DNA from: the human T2T-CHM13v2.0 reference genome, Homo sapiens
Assembly: GCF_009914755.1 (NCBI RefSeq)
Contig: NC_060927.1
DNA length: 64,000 bases
Direction: 5' to 3' (one strand)
In this document: one piece after another, positions 52,085 through 64,000 of the stretch
How the letters are laid out: every line of letters starts with the position of its first letter
Position numbering within the stretch: position 1 is the stretch's first letter
Program-made: the position numbers and the translations under genes
Notes under the pieces: model-generated
Told to the model about the DNA's origin: nothing
What the model saw: the letters and a program-made list of their open reading frames with translations, nothing else
The model's database searches: none

Positions 52085-53400
52085 AAAAGAATATTTTTCC
52101 ATTTACCTATTAATCTTTTTGTTATTGATTTATGCAGTTACTTATATAATCTGGACACAAATCCTTTGACAGATATATGTAACACAAATATTTTCTTCCC
52201 CTCTGTAAATTGTCTTTTGACAATTTGCAGAGTGGTCAACAAAAGTTCTTAATTTTAATATTGTCCAACATATCTTTTTTTTCTTTCATGGTTACCATAT
52301 TTTATATCTTATTTAAGAAATGCTGGCCAGGTACAGTGGCTCATGCCTGTAATTCCAGCACTTTGGGAGACCGAGGTGGGCTGATCACGAGGTCAGGAGT
52401 TTGAGACCAGCCTGACCAACATGGTGAAATCCCGTCTCTACTAAAAATACAAAAATTAGCCAGGCGTGGTGGCGCGTGCCTGTAATCCCAGCTACTCAGG
52501 AGGCTGAGGCAGGAGAATAGCTTGAACCCGGGAGGCGGAGGTTGCAGTGAGATCATGCCACTGCATTCCAGCCTGGGCGACAGAGCAGAGACTCCGTCTC
52601 AAAAAAAAAAAGAAAGAAAAAAAAGAAATGCTGACTTACTCCACAATCATAAAGATGTTCTCTTATGTTTTCCTCTAAAGACATTTTTTTTTACTTTAAC
52701 ATTTAGATAGGCAATCTATATAGAAATTATTTTTGTGTATGTTGTAAAATAAGGGTCAAAATAATTTAGGGGGTATGGATATTCAAATGGTGTTTATTTA
52801 TTGAAATCAACATCATTTCCTTCACTGTATTACAGCATCATCTTTGTTATATACATTATGTGTGTGAATCACTTTCTGAACGCTGTGTTGTTTCATTGGT
52901 TGCCCTATGTTATCTGTGTCAATTCCACTCTGATATAATAACTATCTTTAAAATAGGTCTTAGATTGGGTAATACAATCCTCCACCATTATTCTTTAAGA
53001 TTGACTTTGCTATCCTTGGCTCTTTGCACTTCCAAGTTGACTTTAAAAAGTCATCTTGTCATTTTCTATACTCACAAAACCTGCTGGGATTTTGTTTTAG
53101 AACTGTAGAATGTTTTGAGAAATGTTGACATCTTTACAATATGAGCCTTCCAATTCATAAGCATGGTATGTTTCCATTTATTTAGATCTTCTTCAATTTC
53201 TTTCAGTAAAATTTTATAGTTTTTAATATTGAGGTCTAGAAGATCTTTTGTTAGATTTATTCCTAAATCTATTTATATAAATAAATATATAAATGTATTC
53301 CTTAGATTTCCCTTTTCTATTTCTTTGTGACTGATGTTTGATACAATTTATTTTTGTGTATTTTAATTTAGAGAACTTGTTAAATATATGTTCCCTTTTA
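52085..53400 (-). mobile_element. Old antisense L1M fragment with a sense AluS at 52325-52622
   Basis: 'tatataatctggacacaaatcctttgacagatatatg' and other antisense ORF2-like sequence; Alu TSD AAGAAATGCT. Confidence 0.7.
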
Positions 53401-53806
53401 ATTTCATATTTTCCTCTTCTCTCTGACTATATTAGATTCTATTAACTTAGAGCAGCAGTCTACTTTTGTGTATATATAACTAAAACTTTATCATATGTCA
53501 TAATAAATGTTTTCTGGTGTTGTAATCACTAAGGACACAAATATTCTTTACTCATCACTGATACTTAGATTCTTTCACTTTTATTGTTTGTCTCAGAATA
53601 GTTGGTGCTCATTTCTGTCTGGGAGGTGCTTTCTTTTTATCTCTTCTCTTTCTCCTTCTATCTGATGTTAGCAAAATAATAGGATTTAAGAGCCATCTTA
53701 ATATTATATAAATGGCTCAAGACTATGCCTTGGGAGCCTAGGGTTCCAGTCCTTGCTTTGTCCCTTCTGAGTTCCTCTGAAATAGAATAGGAGAGAATTT
53801 ATGACC

Positions 53807-53940
53807 AGTGTTTCCCAAATTCCTAGCGTAAGAATTGCTAGAGGTGCTCGTTGAAAACAAAGATTCTTAGATCCCTACCGAGATCTACTGAATTGGAATT
53901 TCCAAAGGAAAATGATTCTTATCCTCAGGGAAGTTTCACT
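53807..53940. mobile_element. MER5-type hAT MITE (a similar element lies at ~17435-17595)
   Basis: 'cagtgtttcccaaa…gtgctcgttgaaaacaaagattc…agatctactgaattggaatttcca'. Confidence 0.6.
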
Positions 53941-55020
53941 CACATAGGACAAGATTAAGATTCCTTCCATCTCTGATATTATTCGATTCTGTGAATACTA
54001 TCATTATACTGCCATAATCAAAAGAAGAATTTTGTCTAAACAAAGGAGTGTCAGAAAACCACTGCCAATACTCCAAAGTTTAGTATTTGGGATACCTATG
54101 AGCACAAATAAATTGGTACATTGCATACAGGTGCTATTCCATCTACTCTGCCAGATCAAGGAAAGCCACAACATAAGTGGATCTTCAAGGCATCTGTGCC
54201 TCTGCTAGTTAACTTGACTAGTAACTTCTGACCATTTATTTTCCAGCCAAAGTCATTAACCAAACCAATTCAGAAATGGCAGTGCTTCCCGAAAGAATAA
54301 CTATACCTTAATTATTAATGCCACAGTCAGAAATGAAGCTGGACTCTTCTTTGGGTAAAGGTTGGTGGGAGACAGTAGAAATGAGGGGTGTAATAGAAGC
54401 TGAGAAGATATGGTCAAAGTCTGAGTTAAAGTTTAGAGAGGAAAAGACAGTTTATCCTGGCCCTATTTGTCAATAAATTATTTGAATAGTTAAAGTAAAA
54501 ATTTTGTGAGGGATAGAGTTATAGGTTTTCTCTCTTGTATTTTCAAATAAAATAATTCATTCTGATGTTGCCTGACCTTGTTGATTTAGTCTTCATTTTT
54601 CTTATTTCTTTTATAGCTCTCTAGCCTTTCTTTTCCCTTTTCTTTTGACAAACAACTAGAGGGGCACCATGCTCTTTTCTTATCCTTTTACTTCTTTGGC
54701 TTGACAAAAATAACACAGCATAAAATGCACCTAGCATTATCATGTTTGTTCTTGTTCCTCTTCTGATAAGGACTAAATGTATAATTAAGGAAAATGGTGT
54801 TCACAACAGTACCTAGAAAGTAACTGGTTCACAATTTTTGCTCAAATTAAATTTTATTTATTAAATGAAAGAATAGATTAATCTTGAAGTGAGAAAATGA
54901 AAATATAAGGAGTGACTTTAGCAAAGAAGAACAATAGTTCCCAAATGTATATCACCAATCCTTTTCTCTCATTTTCTTTAGCCCCACCTCTTTAATTGCT
55001 TATAGGCTATTTCTAGCTGA

Positions 55021-56085
<1,065 letters not shown>

Positions 56086-56229
56086 CATGGAATCAGTTTT
56101 TCAATCTGTGCTCGAGGTGTTGTGTTCTTAACTATCTTCTACTCCTTTGCAAAGATAATCTTTCTTAAACATAGATTTTCTAATCAGTTCTCTAGCATTG
56201 TTTCATTCTGTCTTTGGCATGTTTTCACT

Positions 56230-56445
56230 TTGCTGTGCTGTACTTTTACACATTCTTTTTAACTATAGCTTCCTGCTTTGCTCTGGATCAGGAAGCTATT
56301 GAAGCTGACACCCACAGAGTTAAACTCAGTTGCTGAAGCCACCAGCTCCCCCTCCCAGTCCTTCTTTTCAGAGTAGGCTGGCAGCTGTCCTAACTGCCTA
56401 CTAAAGCCAAATGCTTGAGGAGAGAGAGAGAGTAAGGAGCCAGCC
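56230..56445 (+). promoter_or_regulatory. SLC15A2: SLC15A2 proximal promoter and 5'UTR; CpG-poor, no clear TATA box
   Basis: Unique sequence immediately 5' of the ATG. Contains paired ETS-like cores (56269-56275, 56289-56295), E-box CAGCTG (56382-56387) and an upstream ATG at 56411. The exact TSS cannot be read from sequence. Confidence 0.6.
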
Positions 56446-56550
56446 ATGAATCCTTTCCAGAAAAATGAGTCCAAGGAAACTCTTTTTTCACCTGTCTCCA
56501 TTGAAGAGGTACCACCTCGACCACCTAGCCCTCCAAAGAAGCCATCTCCG
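56446..56550 (+). CDS. SLC15A2: SLC15A2 (PEPT2, H+/oligopeptide transporter) exon 1 CDS
   Basis: gccATG start. Encodes MNPFQKNESKETLFSPVSIEEVPPRPPSPPKKPSP, then |gtgagt. Confidence 0.97.
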
Positions 56551-58374
56551 GTGAGTCCTTAGATTCAATCCTGCCTCTGAGAGGAATGGCCTCCCTCTTT
56601 TGGCTCTCTTCCTTGGGCTCTGGAGCTTCCAGCTGAGCTGTATTAGGGTATTAAAATGCTTCTCTCTTGGATTTAGAATTCACCTGAAACCAAATCTAAA
56701 CAGAAGCTTCCTTTACATAAGAAGACAAAGCAGCAGGAAGAGGTAGTCAAAGTTCTTCAGTTGGGATCCAGGGACTTGCTGAATTTCATTGCATATTCTG
56801 TTTCCCTGGGGGAAAAAAGCAATTCGAATGTCCAGGGAAACTTGGCAAGCATTCTTGTCTGAAGAACTGTGTGTGATTGTTCTTTCTTTACCAATATAAA
56901 AACTCTGCCCTTAGTTCTCCCTGTGTGCAGAGTCTTCTGCTGAACACCAATGGAAGTTTCAGAATAGATCCAATTTCTGTTACTATGTGTTCCCAGTTTA
57001 CTGTGGGAGATAGGACAGAGAAACAGAGAATAGTAATGTTTTGCATTTATATACTCGCTAAAGCACTTCTAAACTCATCATCTCAGTCAATTCTTACACT
57101 AAAATTCTGTAAGTGGGGAGGATATAGTAATGATAGCCAAAATTTACTGAGTTCTTACCGTGGGCCAAAAGGTGATGTTATTCTCATTTCTTTGGAATAA
57201 CAGAACAGAGGTTTTGAGACAGGTGTAGTGACAATGCCAGTATCAGTATGTTAACACAGCCAGTGGCAGTGTTGCCTAACTAGCTAACAGTGTGTCAGCT
57301 AAACTCCAGATTGCATAATTCTCAAGCTGTGAGCTGCAAAGGTAAGAAGCCCAGTTCATTGTATGTTTCAAACAAGCTATTATAAAACATTAAAATATAT
57401 TAATATTTAGGAGGATCATTTATATATATCCCTAGGGTTAAAAGAATAATACATTACTTTATTATTTTGCCTATTTTTTTAGTTAATGATATCTCTTCTG
57501 GTCCCAAAGAATTTAGGGCTACTTGCAAAGATGTATATACTTCTCATGAAATGAGGCAATATAAATCTTACAAGATTTGACTGTACTGAGGACAGATACC
57601 TCTATGTCTCCTCTCATGTTAGTTGGTCTATTGTAATAGATAGGGAATTAAAATAAAACATAACATTCCTTATATTCTGACTGATATATTACATGAAAAG
57701 CATAATTCTTTTAATGTCCAGTAGGATTATCATGAAAATGTTATAGAATCTCTTTAGTAGGAAGAGTAGACATTTAATTTTACAGGATTTAAGAACTCTG
57801 CCTAAAGTCAAGGTGATCAATTAGCTTACCCTTAGGAATCTCTGTCCTCCATGTTGGGCTCTGTGCCTGACTCCAGCAGCCTCTGAAGTAGAAGCTATCA
57901 TATTGCCAGGATTCCTCCCAGCATGGCAAACAGAACAGCTGGGGACAAGAGTCCCCATAGTGGGGCTAAGCAGAGACTGACATCTGAATCTCACTGCTTG
58001 GATATCAGGTATTCCATAGGCTACCTCTTTATTCTGTTCCTAGGAAGTAAATATCACCATTCTTCTGCCCCAGAGCCCTAGGCTTTTCATTTAGTAGTTG
58101 TGGGAAGATGAGCAGGTCCAAGGAATATTTGAGCAAGTCCATGTAAAATAAATAAGAAACAAAATAATATTCAGAGTAGCTTCTATTATTTCTAAATCAG
58201 TAATATAAGCACTTTTAGTGTTACCTAATAGGTGTGTCATGAAGAGTAGAGACCATTGCTCCATTACCTACCAAGATGATTTGAAATAAATGAATTTTTC
58301 AGTTTTGAAGAAATCTAATTGTTGAAACAGGGAAAAACAGCTCATGCTTGAATCATTGCCTTCTTGTTGAATAG

Positions 58375-58462
58375 ACAATCTGTGGCTCCAACTATCCACT
58401 GAGCATTGCCTTCATTGTGGTGAATGAATTCTGCGAGCGCTTTTCCTATTATGGAATGAAAG
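58375..58462 (+). CDS. SLC15A2: SLC15A2 exon 2 (TM1 with POT-family ExxERFxYY motif)
   Basis: aatag| … |gtaatt. Encodes TICGSNYPLSIAFIVVNEFCERFSYYGMK. Confidence 0.98.
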
Positions 58463-58710
58463 GTAATTTTGTGTCCAAGAGTCCTACCTACTCTCCTCCA
58501 CCCACCCTCACCCCATGTTTGTGACAGCCTGGTCTCTTTATATGCACTTATTTCCCGAGTCCACTCTTTCTGCCTTGGTCCAAATTGGTCCTTTACTTTG
58601 GCCAAGACTTCCAATAAATCTCTCATAGGATTTCACCTAATATGTAGGCCAAGATCAGAAAGGCCTGAGACAAACCAGAACATAGACTTTGAGAATGGGT
58701 AAGTGGGTGG

Positions 58711-58887
58711 AGCTGGGCATGATGGCATGTGCCTGTAGTCGCCACTACTTGGGAGGCTGAAGCAGGAGGATTGCTTGGGCCCAGGAGTTCAAGGTTATCA
58801 GGCACCTGTAATTGTGCCAGTGAATGGCCACTGCACTCCAGCCTGGGCAACATAGCAAGAACTCATCTCCAAAAAAAAAAAAAAAAA
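58711..58887 (+). mobile_element. FAM-type Alu monomer
   Basis: 'gtgaatggccactgcactccagcctgggcaacatagcaaga' plus poly(A). Confidence 0.75.
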
Positions 58888-58926
58888 GGTGGGGGAGGGA
58901 AAGCTCTCATTATCTCAGTTACATTT

Positions 58927-58997
58927 TTCATACCTGTTCCTCAGGTATGAGCTAACAGCTCTTGGCTAAGGGCTCATACCTGAGGAACAGGTATGAA
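58927..58997. repeat. Perfect 26-bp inverted repeat with 19-nt spacer
   Basis: TTCATACCTGTTCCTCAGGTATGAGC (58927-58952) is the exact reverse complement of 58972-58997. Confidence 0.95.
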
Positions 58998-59355
58998 GAA
59001 TGGAATTCAGATAAGAGGTCTTATCATCTTGTTGCTGGGAAGGAGAGGAGAGGGAAGGGATATTGGAAGCAACATGTTATGTTCATGGTTGGCCTAAATG
59101 ATGCTAGGGGTGCACATAGACTGAAGGGAGGAGTATTATATTTGTACATTCAACATAGTCCCATTCACTCCCACAACTCCCATGGGGCCCTGCTTCTACT
59201 GCCTGGCAGTCACTTCTCAGTCATGTCACTGATAGGAGTGCTGAAGGCCAAAATCACATTATAAAGACCAGAGATTAAATATTTTTTTCCATAAGTCACT
59301 TTAATGCATCTATCTTGTTTTGTCTCCCCACGCCTCCTTTTTTTTCCCACTACAG

Positions 59356-59497
59356 CTGTGCTGATCCTGTATTTCCTGTATTTCCTGCACTGGAATGAAG
59401 ATACCTCCACATCTATATACCATGCCTTCAGCAGCCTCTGTTATTTTACTCCCATCCTGGGAGCAGCCATTGCTGACTCGTGGTTGGGAAAATTCAA
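59356..59497 (+). CDS. SLC15A2: SLC15A2 exon 3
   Basis: tacag| … |gtaagg. Encodes AVLILYFLYFLHWNEDTSTSIYHAFSSLCYFTPILGAAIADSWLGKF(K), containing the PTR2 signature GAxIADxWLGKF. The gene continues beyond the window. Confidence 0.98.
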
Positions 59498-59726
59498 GTA
59501 AGGAAGATGGGAGGTCACATCCCTACAAGTTTCACAGGTTGTGCAGAAGGCTATCACTTCTAGCCTCTTGCTTCTGAGTAAGAACATACCTATGTCATGC
59601 GTGAAAAATAAGAATCTCTGTACATCTGTGTAGTGTGGGAAATTTAAAAAAAAAGAATCTCTGTGGTAACAAGGAAAGGCTATTCTTTTCATTATCAATT
59701 TTTCCAATGTGTTTACATCCTCTTCA

Positions 59727-60231
<505 letters not shown>

Positions 60232-60509
60232 TTATGAGTGTCTCTTTTCAGCTCTTTTACCATCTATTTCTCTTCTCTAATGTCTTTTGTAGTTTCCTTC
60301 TTATGAATCTAATATTTTCATGAGTTAGACTATTGGTTCATTCAGTTCAGTATCTTTTAAGTCCCTGAACACAGCACCAAGAGATATAACATGGTATAAT
60401 GTTATAATTGTCCCCTATAACATTAAACTGATAAGCTTAGAAATGGATCGTGGTTATCCCCTGCCCAATTATTTTCTATGGACCTGTCATCCATAGATTT
60501 GTCTAAATG

Positions 60510-60800
60510 AGCATTTCTCAAAGGGCATTCTGTTCAAAACTATAAAATATAATGAGTTATGTGGGAAAATAAAGCTCTTGTGGTCAAACAAGTTTGGAAA
60601 CTGTTAGGCTGAGCAAAGCTAAAAATGTTCCCTTACTGCATGACTTCTTATAGCCTTAAATACGCTAATATGAACTATAAAATCTCCATAGAAGGTTGTA
60701 GTATGTAGTGTTTCCCAAACCAGTTTGACTATGGAATATTTTTTCTGGATATTTTGTGGACCCAGTGTTCCAAGGAATTCTCTTTAGTAAACAATGGTTT
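60510..60800. mobile_element. hAT-Charlie-type MITE
   Basis: 'agcatttctcaaag…gtggtcaaacaagtttggaaact…gtgtttcccaaac…cagtgttccaaggaa'. Confidence 0.45.
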
Positions 60801-61799
60801 ATAGCTTACTTTGGCCGATATATGTTCATTATTCTATAAGTGTTTAATCAGCACCTAATATATATCTATAGACATAACACAGTACTGAACAGTTTCTTGA
60901 CTTGGGAGAGGAATGGTGGGTGAGTAGCTGAGATCTACATTTGCTACATATGTAGTAGTAGTCACCAAGTTTATCTAGATAGGAGATTGGCACTACTTGC
61001 AGAATAAAAAGTGCAAGCCATAATCTATTTATTCAGTTGTAGAATAAAGATTCATATACATGACATACCACTTTTATTTATTTTAAAAATAACTTCCTTT
61101 AAGATTGAAGAAGTACAGTTACAGGATTTGGTGAGCAATTGTTTCCTGGTTAATTCAGAGAAAATTTAACAACCTCCACTTGTGCTCTCAAATCAATCCT
61201 TCTTGATGTATTTATTATTGTTTTTAATTTATTTTTATTGGGATATAACTTACATAAAGTACACAAATTCAAAAGCCTTAACTGTACACCTTGATCAGTT
61301 TTTATGTATGTATCACCATCACCTAGATCACTCTCCCTAGGGTCTCTGTACCCTCACTATTCCCCTCTCTTGCCTTCAAATTCTCCCAGAGAACCAGAGT
61401 CTTTTCCTTCAACTAGAAGCAGGAGCAAATCTTTAATAGCTTTAAATGAACAAAACTCATCTTGACTCTCTTTTCCTATCATTTTTCTCCTGTTACATTA
61501 ACCCCATATTATAAAAATAATCCTCTGTATGTGTTGCCTTTCTCACTCTTCATTATCAGTTCTTATGGTAGAGTAATATAATATAATGCAATATAATCCA
61601 ATTCAATTTAATTTGATTTGACCCAATTTAATTCAATAAATGTTTATTGAGCACCTTCTGTTTGTCCAAGGAACCATGGAGGATGAAGAGGTGAATTACA
61701 CATACTACCTAATTCATATTGTTCATATTCAAATAGCTTTAATACAGATCATATTGTAGTACAATAAGATATACTGTAAATCATCTTTTTTCCTTCTGA

Positions 61800-63370
<1,571 letters not shown>

Positions 63371-63806
63371 CCCTCAGACCCTCAAATGTAGCCACATGAC
63401 TGCAGATAGATGTAGACAGGCATGAAGGTTACTTTTATTTTATTGTGGGTATTTTGGTTGCTTTTTAAATAAGAAAACTTGGGGGTGATTTGTATCTCTT
63501 TCACAAAGGGAGTAGTTTGAGAAAATGTGGGTAACTTGTTCTCCTGTAGTCATGTTTGTGTGTGTGTGCATGTGCATGTGTGTGTAACATATACAAACAG
63601 ATGATAACAGCAACAAAAGGGAATAAGTATTTAAAACTACCCTTCCTTAAGTTGGAAAATCAGAAAAAAGACAAGACTCTTCCTTTACTGTCTTTTCTAA
63701 TTTGAACCTGTAGCCTATTTTCTTCATTTGCTAGAGGAAAATGGATAGATTTTTGTTTCAAACCGTTAAGTTCTTCCCCACCTCTCATATGTTTCTCTGC
63801 CTGAGT

Positions 63807-63843
63807 ATGTGTTTGTGTGTGTGTGTGTGTGTGTGTGGTGTGT
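63807..63843. repeat. (GT)n microsatellite (others at ~39170-39205 and ~63555-63585)
   Basis: Dinucleotide runs read directly. Confidence 0.9.
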
Positions 63844-64000
63844 TTACTTTTATTCACGTGTTACTTTGAGGGTGAAAAGCCTTCTCTAACATTAGAAAGA
63901 TTGTTCAAATCCTGAAGGGGCAATTTCCTGAAGTTAGTAAACAACTTCTATTAAAAATCTTTCCTCTGTTTGCTATCCCAGAATAATAGATATGTTAAGA

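Noticed and set aside
56801-56840. 9-bp inverted repeat TTTCCCTGG/CCAGGGAAA in SLC15A2 intron 1
   Set aside because: Too short to distinguish from chance in 64 kb.

Overview
Human/great-ape genomic DNA that I recognise as the EAF2–SLC15A2 locus (chr3q13.33 in human). The + strand carries EAF2 coding exons 2–6, including the stop codon and poly(A) signals. About 8 kb downstream, also on +, lie the promoter and exons 1–3 of SLC15A2 (PEPT2). The rest is intronic or intergenic repeat sequence: about 30 Alu-family elements, one full-length inactive antisense L1PA, several ancient L1M/L2/MIR/hAT remnants, a truncated MER4A-type LTR, and a ~1.26-kb 3'UTR-only processed retrocopy. Almost all ORFs in the supplied track derive from repeats. 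I see no new multi-gene system. The best second-look items are: a nested perfect 26-bp hairpin in SLC15A2 intron 2; a (GA)n-controlled uORF whose stop overlaps the PEPT2 start codon; an in-frame 30-nt candidate microexon in EAF2; a 66-bp minisatellite carrying STAT (GAS) motifs; and an L1 antisense promoter pointing at the EAF2 3' exons. Repeat boundaries are approximate, and subfamily calls come from memory of consensus sequences.
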